From positions 1-64,000 of the IMG/VR virus record IMGVR_UViG_3300007513_000013: 64,000 nt of DNA; one strand, given 5' to 3'. This document shows positions 44,719 through 54,077 of this stretch, piece after piece; position 1 is the first letter of the stretch; every line of letters starts with the position of its first letter. The stretch is from a virus. Made by a program: the position numbers and the translations under genes. The notes below the pieces were generated by a model, which was given only the letters and a program-made list of their open reading frames with translations, was not told the origin of the DNA and made no database searches.

Positions 44719-45803
44719 AGTTAACCAAGGCCAAATTGCAACAAATTATCAACGAAGAATTACTAGTTTGTTTTAATGAAGAAAAAAAAATTTTGGTAAC
44801 TGAAAGCGAGGCGCGACAACCTCGTCGCGGAATGGAATACGATATCGAAAAGGCCCCTCCAATTGATTATGCTGCTGGGCGGGGTTCAACATACGAAGAT
44901 TCATATGGCGAAGAAAGGGCAGCTGCTCCTAAACAAGAGCTATCTTCTGAAGCTTGGGAAGATATTCTTCATATGGCCAACGATCCATTTTCTGTGTATC
45001 ATAACATGGCGCTTGACGCAATACGAGCTGAATTACCATCACCGTTCTTTACCCATCACATGCCGGGCATGCCGGGCCTATCGAAAAAAGAAGCTAATGA
45101 TTGGTTATATTCTACTGGCTTTAGCGGAATAGAAGGTCATGGTGAAGCTGCAGACTATGAAACAACACTTGTATCTCCCCACGTACCTGAGCAGTACGCG
45201 GGCGAAAAATCGCCCGGCCATATAGATCTATATAGGTGGGGCATTGCTCCTGGTATATATGAAGAAAACTTAAAGCGAGTCGTAAAAGAAGAATATAAAA
45301 AATTATTGGAAGAGCATGCGAAAGATTACGTTTGGGGCGTCAAGGCTCCCTACGGGCGCGCCGCCAATCAATATGAGCTAAAAACACTTCATGAATCAAA
45401 AGCTGGGATATTGCCGCCCGGGCAAGCATCACATACTCCGACCACAGCTGGTAACCCTGAAGAAGAAAAGAATTGGCCAACCGGAGGTAAATTATATCGT
45501 AAAGGGTGGCACAACAAGCCTTATGATATGTGGTACCGACACGGGCCAGCGCAAGCAAACGCCGTTCCAGTTTTTAGTCCTGCCAACCAATCTCGCGAAG
45601 GCAGCAGATGGAGCATCACACCACTTGGGTGGCCCAACGTTCAAGAAATGGACAAAATATATGGCGCTGGTGGTCTAGGCGAAGAAAGCCCTTTTCCCAT
45701 CGGCGGGCCTTATGAGCGAATATATATACCGGCCGGAATAAGGCAAGGACCTGAAATGGACGCATATATAAGAGAAAGTGCTCCATGGTTGTTTGTTGAT
45801 TAA
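44715..45803 (+). CDS. MKLTK-motif probable virion protein
   Basis: MKLTKAKLQQIINEEL; internal LKRVVKEEYKKLLEE. Confidence 0.7.
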   Translation: MKLTKAKLQQIINEELLVCFNEEKKILVTESEARQPRRGMEYDIEKAPPIDYAAGRGSTYEDSYGEERAAAPKQELSSEAWEDILHMANDPFSVYHNMALDAIRAELPSPFFTHHMPGMPGLSKKEANDWLYSTGFSGIEGHGEAADYETTLVSPHVPEQYAGEKSPGHIDLYRWGIAPGIYEENLKRVVKEEYKKLLEEHAKDYVWGVKAPYGRAANQYELKTLHESKAGILPPGQASHTPTTAGNPEEEKNWPTGGKLYRKGWHNKPYDMWYRHGPAQANAVPVFSPANQSREGSRWSITPLGWPNVQEMDKIYGAGGLGEESPFPIGGPYERIYIPAGIRQGPEMDAYIRESAPWLFVD

Positions 45804-45883
45804 GAAAAAAATATTTTTGATGTTTTCTGTTCTCGATAAACTATTTATATTATAAAAACGTGCACGAATTAAGGAGAATTTAA

Positions 45884-46486
45884 ATGTCATCATTCAAAAA
45901 AGGCAGTTCAAGTACACAAACACTAACAATCACAAAGGAATTGGTTGTCGACAGCACGACTCTCGTCGTTGATGATGATGATAATAACGTCGGTATAGGA
46001 ACTGCAACGCCGTTAACCAGTTTACATGTAATAAATGATTATCAGGCTGAAACATTTGAGAACCACTTAACTAGCGGTCAAGGCGGTGGCGAAATTTTGC
46101 GCTATTCGCCGGGTGCTGATGATACCTTAACAGCGGGGCAAGTATACTTTCTACATACGGATGGCACGTGGAATGTTGCAGACGCAGACGCCGAAGCAAC
46201 AGCAAAAGGTATGCTTGGTGTTGGTCTTGGCGGCTCTTCGCGTACGGTTGGAGTATTGACACGTGGATTTATCCGTATACCAAGTACTGAAATTTTAAAC
46301 ACACCCGGTAGTGGTGCCGTCGACGGCCTACCTCTTTATATAAGCACTACAGATGGCCACTTTGATTTCACGGCGCCTTCAGCTTCAGGAGACATAGTTC
46401 GACTTGTAGGGTATGCGATTGATGACCATTCTAGTGACGTCCTTGTTTATTTTAATCCCTCCAATGATTACGTGGAGATAGCATAA
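45884..46486 (+). CDS. probable structural (fibre/decoration-like) protein
   Basis: NVGIGTATP motif typical of phage fibres; ACTATTTAT upstream. Confidence 0.55.
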   Translation: MSSFKKGSSSTQTLTITKELVVDSTTLVVDDDDNNVGIGTATPLTSLHVINDYQAETFENHLTSGQGGGEILRYSPGADDTLTAGQVYFLHTDGTWNVADADAEATAKGMLGVGLGGSSRTVGVLTRGFIRIPSTEILNTPGSGAVDGLPLYISTTDGHFDFTAPSASGDIVRLVGYAIDDHSSDVLVYFNPSNDYVEIA

Positions 46487-46487
46487 T

Positions 46488-47360
46488 ATGGCTGTGGCTC
46501 TTAAGGTCAATGGAGTTGCATGTCGCGATCTCAAAAAAAGAAATGGCGTTGCAAAATTGAGCGTTGATAACTATAATGGAACGGCACATACCAGCCCCTC
46601 TCCTATAATTTATTACACCTTCGAAGATCATGATACGGCCATTGAAGATTATTCAGAAAGCGGCACAGATCATGATGGAACTGGTAGCGGTACCGAAAGG
46701 GATGACACATCAGCAAAACGGGGAACATATTCTTTAAAGTTTGAGGCGGGCGCGCCCGACACGGAACATATAGAAATTGCGCACCATGCTGACATAAACT
46801 GGGATCATGATGATCCATGGACGATCTCAGGATGGGTTATAATGTCGTCAGCAATTGCCGGGTATCGTGGCCTTTATGTTAAAAGAGAGTCCGCGGGTAA
46901 TGACTACACCGGCCCTGCAGTATTTTTTGCTACTGTTAGTGGTAATCAGTGCGTTACGGCTTATTTGATATCGGATTGGACTAGTCAATCAGGCGATCCT
47001 GCTGCTTATGATGCTGCAATTTATAAAGAATCTACTGTTACAATAGACGATAACGATTGGCATCATGTTGTGGTTACATATGATGGATCAGGCGGGCAAG
47101 CCGGAATGCTTTGCTATATAGATGGTTCTCTTGATAGCACTTTTGCTGTGGCTGAAAGCAGAACAACAGTTGCTGGTAAGCCAACTACGAATTCGGTTGT
47201 GGCTCGCGTGGGTGGCGATACCGCCAATCTTCCCACCGCTCAATATTCTTTAAGCGCTTGGCTAGATGAGTTCGCCATATGGAACGTGGCGCTAACAGCA
47301 AATCAGGTTTCTGTTTTATATAATAGTGGTACACCAGCTGCCATAGCATCGGGACTATAA
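46488..47360 (+). CDS. LamG/concanavalin-like domain structural protein
   Basis: WTISGWV, DNDWHHVVVTYDGS, YIDG, LDEFAIWNVALTANQVSVLYN. Confidence 0.85.
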   Translation: MAVALKVNGVACRDLKKRNGVAKLSVDNYNGTAHTSPSPIIYYTFEDHDTAIEDYSESGTDHDGTGSGTERDDTSAKRGTYSLKFEAGAPDTEHIEIAHHADINWDHDDPWTISGWVIMSSAIAGYRGLYVKRESAGNDYTGPAVFFATVSGNQCVTAYLISDWTSQSGDPAAYDAAIYKESTVTIDDNDWHHVVVTYDGSGGQAGMLCYIDGSLDSTFAVAESRTTVAGKPTTNSVVARVGGDTANLPTAQYSLSAWLDEFAIWNVALTANQVSVLYNSGTPAAIASGL

Positions 47361-47361
47361 A

Positions 47362-47682
47362 ATGCCAGTATTAATAGCACCACACAAGATAGCAGCTGCA
47401 CAATGGGAATACGACGCAAAAATAACTATACCTGACAGCATGCCGGAATGGTCTCGTAAATTGCAATGCTTGTTGGCAAAGGAAGCGCTATATCAACATG
47501 AACAAGCATTAACAAACACACAGGTACAAGAAATTAAGGCCAGATACTTAGAGACTTGGAGTGTAAAGAAAGACGGAGAAGTACCTTCCGAAGATCCCTT
47601 GCCACATTTTATCATCGGCTCAGGAACATCCGAAGATCCTTACAAAATGAACTATTCTTCGTTTTTGTTAACAGAAGAATAA
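47362..47682 (+). CDS. hypothetical protein
   Basis: 106 aa, coupled to upstream gene. Confidence 0.55.
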   Translation: MPVLIAPHKIAAAQWEYDAKITIPDSMPEWSRKLQCLLAKEALYQHEQALTNTQVQEIKARYLETWSVKKDGEVPSEDPLPHFIIGSGTSEDPYKMNYSSFLLTEE

Positions 47683-47686
47683 TCTA

Positions 47687-48013
47687 CTAATACTTTTTCT
47701 TTTTCTTCCACTTCTTTTTATTACGATTGCGGTTGTTTTTATTTCTATTATAATAATGATGGTGGTGTCGATGTATAGTTGTTTTTCCTCTATAAATTGT
47801 TCTCTTTCTGATTATCCGCCTAGGTCGATAATATCTTCTAGGTTTGTGATATCTATAGTATTTTCTTCTCGGACGTTCATATATGTGCACATCCGCAGGT
47901 ATGTGTGAGGTGTATACAACACGATGTGGTGTAATTACACCATGGTGTGCATAGCAACCCGGGGTAATCACCATACCAAACCCCGTAATAATGTATAAAA
48001 TGCATTTTTCCAT
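47687..48013 (-). CDS. basic His/Arg/Tyr-rich lipoprotein-like protein
   Basis: AAGGAG RBS on the minus strand; hydrophobic N-terminus ending TPGC; the only well-supported minus-strand gene. Confidence 0.65.
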   Translation of the reverse strand: MEKCILYIITGFGMVITPGCYAHHGVITPHRVVYTSHIPADVHIYERPRRKYYRYHKPRRYYRPRRIIRKRTIYRGKTTIHRHHHHYYNRNKNNRNRNKKKWKKKKKY

Positions 48014-48093
48014 TTGTTTTCTCCTTTATACAACATTAATTATTGCAAGTCGCATGCCAAAGTAAAAAACAAAATGACACAGTATTTATAAAC

Positions 48094-48264
48094 ATGGACT
48101 CAGAACAACAATTTGTTAATTTAATTATAGCTGAAAGCGCTGCGGCATCTTTGGAGATAGAGAATGCTAGGTTGCGTACGGAAAATGAAAGATTAAAGAA
48201 AAAAATATTTGACTTTATTAAACTAAATCCGTCTAAAGACTATTTAGATATACTAAAAAAATGA
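48094..48264 (+). CDS. 56-aa coiled-coil protein
   Basis: AGTATTTAT 4 nt before ATG 48094. Confidence 0.5.
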   Translation: MDSEQQFVNLIIAESAAASLEIENARLRTENERLKKKIFDFIKLNPSKDYLDILKK

Positions 48265-48458
48265 TTAAAATTGGGGACTTAGTGCAACTCGATTTCGGCG
48301 CTGATATATTTGGAATTGTACTAGAAGTCAATGAGATATTTGATGAATACCCTGAAACAGCTGGTAGATATGATGTGCAAGTATACTGGTTTGATTCAAA
48401 TGATGCATATTGGTGTTTCTCAGAGGGCTTGCATATAATATCTTCTATAAAAAAATAA
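48261..48458 (+). CDS. MKxGDLV-family protein
   Basis: MIKIGDLVQL..GIVL..VQVYW...LHIIS. Confidence 0.7.
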   Translation: MIKIGDLVQLDFGADIFGIVLEVNEIFDEYPETAGRYDVQVYWFDSNDAYWCFSEGLHIISSIKK

Positions 48459-48464
48459 AAACTA

Positions 48465-48493
48465 TTTACAATCATGGCCATTTGTGTTATGAT
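48465..48493 (+). promoter_or_regulatory. sigma70-type promoter
   Basis: TTTACA-17-TATGAT with TG extension. Confidence 0.6.
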
Positions 48494-48545
48494 TAACTAA
48501 ACTTATCGCTGCCGCGGTAAAACTAATTTCAATTGAGGTAAAAAA

Positions 48546-48770
48546 ATGGCAAAGAAAAATGTAATTCAAGAAGAGAGTCCACAAGTTAATATTAAAGACG
48601 CTGATGATATTGTGTGTGAAAAGTGTGAGAGCACCTATTTTCAGCCCGCTTTCATTATTAAGCGTATTTCGCCCTTGATGTCACCAACAGGACAGGGAAT
48701 GTTTGCTCCTGTGCAATTGTTTCAGTGTGCTGAATGTAAACACGTTAATGAAGAATTTTTGAATTTTTAA
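48546..48770 (+). CDS. Zn-ribbon protein
   Basis: CEKC...CAEC; GAGGT RBS. Confidence 0.7.
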   Translation: MAKKNVIQEESPQVNIKDADDIVCEKCESTYFQPAFIIKRISPLMSPTGQGMFAPVQLFQCAECKHVNEEFLNF

Positions 48771-48808
48771 TTAGCTGTTGACCAAATGCATTTATAGTTA
48801 AAAATATA

Positions 48809-49012
48809 ATGCAAGTTGGCATGTATGTCAGACATATGTTGTATCGCAATCGTGGCGAACATGTGTATCGCTATGGAATTATTGTAGAATTTATGTGCAC
48901 AGATGTGCCAAAAGTGGCTAATGTCTTTTGGCAACCCACCCCTTCTTATACGCTTCAGATTAATCCTTACTTTCAAATAATAAAAGTATATTTACTAGAA
49001 CCCATTTCATAA
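48809..49012 (+). CDS. MKxGDLV-family protein
   Basis: MQVGMYVRH..YGIIV..NVFW...LEPIS. Confidence 0.6.
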   Translation: MQVGMYVRHMLYRNRGEHVYRYGIIVEFMCTDVPKVANVFWQPTPSYTLQINPYFQIIKVYLLEPIS

Positions 49013-49051
49013 AACTTACAACTACTTATATAAGCAAAGGTATTTTATAAC

Positions 49052-49822
49052 ATGGATTCAACTAAAGACCCCAAGGGTATTCTAGAAGAAATCGAACCAG
49101 AATCGGTTGATGTGTCTAGTTTCGAGGTACAAGACATCCTACATCCAGAGTTTTGGGATGAGGCCGGAAATCTAAATGAAGAAATAGCAAACAAACTATA
49201 TGAAATTGCTAAAGAATTCTTTCAAGGCTTAGAATTAGATTGGGTTGAGATTGTTGATGTTACAATGACAGGTTCTTTAGCGAATTTCAATTGGTCAGAA
49301 TATTCTGATATTGATCTCCACGTTATTGTGGACTACACACAAGTAGACGACAAACAAGATTTAGTTCAAGACTTTTTTAGAACCGCTTCCAGCCTTTGGA
49401 ATAGAAATCATAAAATATTAATAAAAGGATTTGAAGTAGAAGTGTATGTTCAAGATTCCAATGAGCCGCACTATTCTACTGGTGTATTCTCTATAAGAAA
49501 TAACAAATGGAACACTGAGCCCTCTAGAGAAGAGAACATAATTGACGAGAAGAATATAAAAAAGAAAGCTGCAGCATTTATGAACGATATCGACGCAGTG
49601 TATGAACTGTTTGAAGAAGGACACTATGAAGAAACTGTAGAACAAGCAGAAAAATTAAAAGAAAGAATCAGAAAACTTAGACAATCTGGCTTAGAGGATA
49701 AGGGCGCGTTTTCAGTAGAGAATTTAGCTTTTAAAATTCTAAGACGTACAGACTATTTACGAAGACTGTCTAGTGTAAAAACAATGGCATATGATAAATC
49801 AATGTCGATCAACGAGGAATAA
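49052..49822 (+). CDS. pol-beta-superfamily nucleotidyltransferase
   Basis: TGSLANFNWSEYSDIDLH (hGSx..DxD), FEVEVYVQ. Confidence 0.75.
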   Translation: MDSTKDPKGILEEIEPESVDVSSFEVQDILHPEFWDEAGNLNEEIANKLYEIAKEFFQGLELDWVEIVDVTMTGSLANFNWSEYSDIDLHVIVDYTQVDDKQDLVQDFFRTASSLWNRNHKILIKGFEVEVYVQDSNEPHYSTGVFSIRNNKWNTEPSREENIIDEKNIKKKAAAFMNDIDAVYELFEEGHYEETVEQAEKLKERIRKLRQSGLEDKGAFSVENLAFKILRRTDYLRRLSSVKTMAYDKSMSINEE

Positions 49823-49824
49823 AA

Positions 49825-50691
49825 ATGAAATTGACCAAAGAACAATTACAAAAACTAATACAAGAAGAATACCAAAATGCGCTAAGTGAGCAGGTGCATG
49901 AACCTACGAGTCCGAGGTATGACCTGATGAACGTGCCGCGGCAGTGGCAAAATGTAGCACCAGACTCTGAGGGTTTTGGTACGCAAGTTCATAAGAAGGG
50001 AGACGATGACAAAATATATGGAATGACGCGACCGGCCACCGAGGGCGAAATTGCTGATCGGTTCAACATTGGGGACGGATGGTGGGCCGATGCATTAAGA
50101 ACTGGTCGCGACACTGTTGCCAACTTTACTCCCGCTACGGATGAAATTTGGGGACACACACCATTGGAGCCCCGGACCGATGTTGAAGCGGTATATGGCA
50201 TGCCCCGAACTGAACAAGAACAAGAACATTATAAAGTACGACCTTTGGACCGGAGTGACGAAATGGAAGCCGGATATTTGACGGAATCCCTGCAACGAAT
50301 CATACAAGAAGAATACGAAACGATGGTAGGTCCAGAAATAGTAACAGATCCATTAACCGGCCAAGAGTATGAAGATCCTTACGGGGGAATTGCAGCGAAT
50401 TTAGCTACTTTTGGAGAAGCTTATCCGTTTGACTATGATCCCTATGCAGCGCCGGAGGGCTATCAAATTCCACATTTTGAACCTCCTCCTTCGTCAGGAT
50501 ATTATGGGGGCCCCCTGAATAACGCTTATATGTCGCCGGAGGAAAGTGAGGCCAATGTGATGCGCGCAGAACAGGAAAGGGCGGAGCAATTGCTACAAAT
50601 GAAATCTCTTTTAGATCCAGGGCCGGAAGGTCCAACAGAAGAGCAAGTTCGTAATGAGCTTATACGGCAAGAAATGGAAAGAAACCAGTAA
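49825..50691 (+). CDS. MKLTK-motif probable virion protein
   Basis: MKLTKEQLQKLIQEEY; internal SLQRIIQEEY. Confidence 0.7.
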   Translation: MKLTKEQLQKLIQEEYQNALSEQVHEPTSPRYDLMNVPRQWQNVAPDSEGFGTQVHKKGDDDKIYGMTRPATEGEIADRFNIGDGWWADALRTGRDTVANFTPATDEIWGHTPLEPRTDVEAVYGMPRTEQEQEHYKVRPLDRSDEMEAGYLTESLQRIIQEEYETMVGPEIVTDPLTGQEYEDPYGGIAANLATFGEAYPFDYDPYAAPEGYQIPHFEPPPSSGYYGGPLNNAYMSPEESEANVMRAEQERAEQLLQMKSLLDPGPEGPTEEQVRNELIRQEMERNQ

Positions 50692-50702
50692 GGAACAAAA
50701 CT

Positions 50703-50927
50703 ATGTGTATAATTTGTACAGAATTTAGAGCAGGAAAACTCACCGTTAAAGAAGCTTTACGCAATTACGGCGAAATGCAAGAAATAATTGAAGAAGATCA
50801 CAAGCCAGAAGTTGATCAATTGCTGTACGAAGGGTTTTGGAAAGAATACAGCGAACAGTCTATGGAATCAGGTGGCGAAAAAGAAGAAGATGACGATTAT
50901 TATGAAGAAACAGGATTTGGCGATTGA
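50703..50927 (+). CDS. small acidic protein
   Basis: MCIIC; 74 aa. Confidence 0.55.
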   Translation: MCIICTEFRAGKLTVKEALRNYGEMQEIIEEDHKPEVDQLLYEGFWKEYSEQSMESGGEKEEDDDYYEETGFGD

Positions 50928-51373
50928 TGAAAAAATGCTTAATTTCAATTATATTGTTGCTTGTGGCATGTGGACCTCAATATGTAAAGGATCCCAATGC
51001 TAACGTTTTAGTAACCTCACAATATGAAAATGGGCCGCTAACAATACACCTTCCGGAAAACTGTAGGCCGCAACTCGATTGTAGTCAAAAAACAGAAGCA
51101 CAGTGCTCAATTGCACTTTATGAGGCTTCTAGAAAATTTATGAAAGAGGGTGAAAAACTAGCTAACAAAAAACTCTATCTTTCCGCTAGTTTAGAATATA
51201 TGCAAGCGTTGACTCGGCTTTCTGAGGCGAAAATTAGAGTCAACAAAGTGAAAACCGAATTGAACGATTTTATACAATGGAAACAGATCGAAAATTATAA
51301 CTTAGAAGAAAAGCTAAAACGAACAATCAAATATTGTGAAAAAAAGGTGTTTTTGTTACAATGGAAAAGATAA
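50924..51373 (+). CDS. lipoprotein, helical
   Basis: Lipobox LVAC. Confidence 0.65.
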   Translation: MMKKCLISIILLLVACGPQYVKDPNANVLVTSQYENGPLTIHLPENCRPQLDCSQKTEAQCSIALYEASRKFMKEGEKLANKKLYLSASLEYMQALTRLSEAKIRVNKVKTELNDFIQWKQIENYNLEEKLKRTIKYCEKKVFLLQWKR

Positions 51374-51579
51374 AAGTGGATATTAAAACAGCTATAGCTA
51401 TAGGTACTTTGTTGTTTGCTTTTGCAGGGTTTTACTACACAACTGTTAGTGATATCAATAGTTTATCGCTTAACATCAAGGGCCTTGAAAGTGAAAATAG
51501 AATGCATCAGAAGCGATTAGACTCATTAGATAAAAGAATGTCTAAAATAAATAAAAAAATAAGGGAACTACAAAAATGA
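51361..51579 (+). CDS. TM plus coiled-coil protein
   Basis: AIAIGTLLFAFAGFYY followed by heptads. Confidence 0.55.
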   Translation: MEKIKVDIKTAIAIGTLLFAFAGFYYTTVSDINSLSLNIKGLESENRMHQKRLDSLDKRMSKINKKIRELQK

Positions 51580-51995
51580 AAAAAACAATTATTTCTTTGC
51601 TATTAGCAATCTTTATGACTGCATGCGCAACAACTCAATTAAAACAACAAGATTTACACCCTCTTATGACATTAGAGACGGTTAAAGCTAATTGTGAGGC
51701 AAGTGAAAGTTGGCAGGTTGGTGTCATTGGACTGGCTAGCCATATTGTAAGATTTGAGAAATGTTTAGCTGTTGAACCTCTTATTTTGATTGCAATAGAC
51801 ACTGAAGTACATACAGACAAAATCAATAGAATCTCCATCGATTTATTGGCAGCACATTATGCCTCGTTCTTGAACAAGGAAGACGAGACAAAGATATATT
51901 CAGTTGAAAAACTCAAAGAAGAGCTGGACAAAAAAGAAGGCTGGCTTGTCTATTATTACGCAGTAAAACAGAAAGAAAAAGAAAAGAAGGAATAG
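51576..51995 (+). CDS. lipoprotein
   Basis: Lipobox MTAC. Confidence 0.65.
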   Translation: MKKTIISLLLAIFMTACATTQLKQQDLHPLMTLETVKANCEASESWQVGVIGLASHIVRFEKCLAVEPLILIAIDTEVHTDKINRISIDLLAAHYASFLNKEDETKIYSVEKLKEELDKKEGWLVYYYAVKQKEKEKKE

Positions 51996-51998
51996 TTT

Positions 51999-53483
51999 AT
52001 GAAAGATTATTTTACAGGTTGGCGAAAATACCTTTTAGTTGAGCGCTATTCAATGCAGGCTGCGTATGAAGCCATTAAGCCCAACAACAAGAAAATGTAT
52101 AACTTATATAATAGGTACGTTAATCAGACTTGGCACTGGGACGTCGAAAACGGCTATATTGACCCAAGAGATGATCCAGAGCCGCCAGCAGATGAAGAAA
52201 AAATAAACAAAGCAGCTGCCAGTTACAGAAATTATATATTAGAAATAATACCAGAAGACATATGGGGCCCAAACGTAACAAGCCCAGAACAAAAAAAGAA
52301 AGAATCCGATAAAAATCAAGGCCTTGCAATGATGTGGGTTCGCAAATTAGCCCTTAAGGATCCAAATCTAGCCAGAGATATTATAGATGGCGAAATATCA
52401 TTTACAGGTCAAGGTCGACCTTATGCAAATATTATGCCCGACCTTGAAATCTACTTCCAAAATCTAGATTTAATGCCAAAAAGGAACTTAATAGAGCTTG
52501 AATCATTTGAAGAATTGCATCAAATGGTAGAAGCGGCAAAAGAAGAAATTCATGCTCGACAACAAGAAAGACAATACCTCGACGCAGAAGAGGGAACAGA
52601 AGTTTTAAGAGATGATGGGGAAATATATATTGCCGCTCTCCACAATAAAGGCGCTGCATGCGAATTGGGAAAAGGAACAGATTGGTGTACAGCTGCGCCC
52701 GGTTTAGATTATTTTTCAGACTATTATGAGCCAGATGATCCATTGTTCTTTTTTAAACGGAAACCGAAAACCGATCCGGATAAGCCTGAATTTATGCAGC
52801 GCGGCCACAAATCTCATCCGGGTGGTGAAGAAAAATATCAATTTCATTATGGCTCTGAACAATTTGTGAATGTGGAGGACTACCCGGTCAGTGATAAACT
52901 ATTCAAAGTACTTCACGGTTTTCTTATGCAAACAGAAGCACCACAAAAATATCCAGTTGTACAAACCTATCACTACAATCTCGTGGCCGATGATCCAAGC
53001 ACACCTCCAGAAGAGTTGAATGATATGGTTGAAGCGTTTGGGAATCTCTTGACCACCCATGATCATTACCACGCGGGTTTGACGTCTGAAGTCTTGTCAA
53101 AAGTTGCAAAAAACCCAAACACGCCAATTGAAGCACTTAGAAAACTTTCTAATTCGCGCGATAAATTTATTATTAGAAGCGTTCAAGTTAACGAACAGTT
53201 GGCGAATTTATTAGGCCCTGACCCAACAGAAGAGGGCATGAAATTAGCAAAAGAAATATTCCTCAACAATATAGAAGATCCACTAATATTTGACAGAGGT
53301 TTGAAACAATTCGGCCGCTGGATAAAGGCTGGAATAATGTCCAAAGAAGAAGCAAATAAAGCATTAAAGGATCATGTGGAGGCAGAAGAATTCCGCAAAA
53401 AGGCAAAAAAGGTTGCAAGGTCTGATGGGGGGTCTCAAGCAACATTAAGAGAGCGCAAGATCAGAATAAGGATAAAGAAATGA
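51999..53483 (+). CDS. probable ejection protein, paralogue of ORF 26383 domain, with helical repeats
   Basis: MKDYFTGWRKYL; GKGTDWCTAA; VAKNPNTPIEALRKL; C-terminal RKIRIRIKK. Confidence 0.7.
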   Translation: MKDYFTGWRKYLLVERYSMQAAYEAIKPNNKKMYNLYNRYVNQTWHWDVENGYIDPRDDPEPPADEEKINKAAASYRNYILEIIPEDIWGPNVTSPEQKKKESDKNQGLAMMWVRKLALKDPNLARDIIDGEISFTGQGRPYANIMPDLEIYFQNLDLMPKRNLIELESFEELHQMVEAAKEEIHARQQERQYLDAEEGTEVLRDDGEIYIAALHNKGAACELGKGTDWCTAAPGLDYFSDYYEPDDPLFFFKRKPKTDPDKPEFMQRGHKSHPGGEEKYQFHYGSEQFVNVEDYPVSDKLFKVLHGFLMQTEAPQKYPVVQTYHYNLVADDPSTPPEELNDMVEAFGNLLTTHDHYHAGLTSEVLSKVAKNPNTPIEALRKLSNSRDKFIIRSVQVNEQLANLLGPDPTEEGMKLAKEIFLNNIEDPLIFDRGLKQFGRWIKAGIMSKEEANKALKDHVEAEEFRKKAKKVARSDGGSQATLRERKIRIRIKK

Positions 53484-53524
53484 AACTCCTATTTGAAAAT
53501 TGGCGAAGGTCTCTAAATGAGTGA
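53480..53524 (+). CDS. 14-aa ORF consisting only of the MKLLFENWR motif
   Basis: MKLLFENWRRSLNE-stop; ATGA overlap upstream, GTGA overlap downstream. Confidence 0.5.
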   Translation: MKLLFENWRRSLNE

Positions 53525-53871
53525 AAGATTTAAACTTTTTCACCTATAAAGCAAAATTAATAAAAGTTATAGATGGTGACACCATCGATGCAAAAATCGA
53601 TTTAGGGTTTGATGTGTGGGTTAAAAAAAGAATTAGACTTTTTAATATTGACACTCCAGAGGTTCGAACAAAAGATCTAGCAGAAAAAAAGAAAGGTCTA
53701 GCAGCAAAAAGCAGATTAATAGAAATACTAAACGAATCAAATAATGAATTTTGTATTGTTTCCCATGGTGTTGGAAAATACGGAAGATGTTTAGGTGAAC
53801 TATTTATAGGTGAAAAAAACATTAATAAACAATTGATTTTAGAAGGGCATGCCAAGGAATATAATAAATGA
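53521..53871 (+). CDS. thermonuclease (SNase) family protein
   Basis: KVIDGDTID, RIRLFNIDTPE, GKYGRCLG. Confidence 0.88.
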   Translation: MKDLNFFTYKAKLIKVIDGDTIDAKIDLGFDVWVKKRIRLFNIDTPEVRTKDLAEKKKGLAAKSRLIEILNESNNEFCIVSHGVGKYGRCLGELFIGEKNINKQLILEGHAKEYNK

Positions 53872-54077
53872 GTCATCTAAAAGACAATGACGAAACATAC
53901 ATTAGTCATTTTTTATTTGCAGGAAAGATTGGGTTAACTTTAATTTTTAGAGGAACTATATTTTTATTGCATGCACTGTTTCCGATAGCTGATGTACCAA
54001 AGCGCTGGAACTTGTTTGCTACAATATCAGAACTAAAAGAGTGGCACTCTTATACAATTACGAGAAAAAACAAATGA
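53868..54077 (+). CDS. small hypothetical protein
   Basis: HLKDNDETYISHF..HALFP. Confidence 0.55.
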   Translation: MSHLKDNDETYISHFLFAGKIGLTLIFRGTIFLLHALFPIADVPKRWNLFATISELKEWHSYTITRKNK

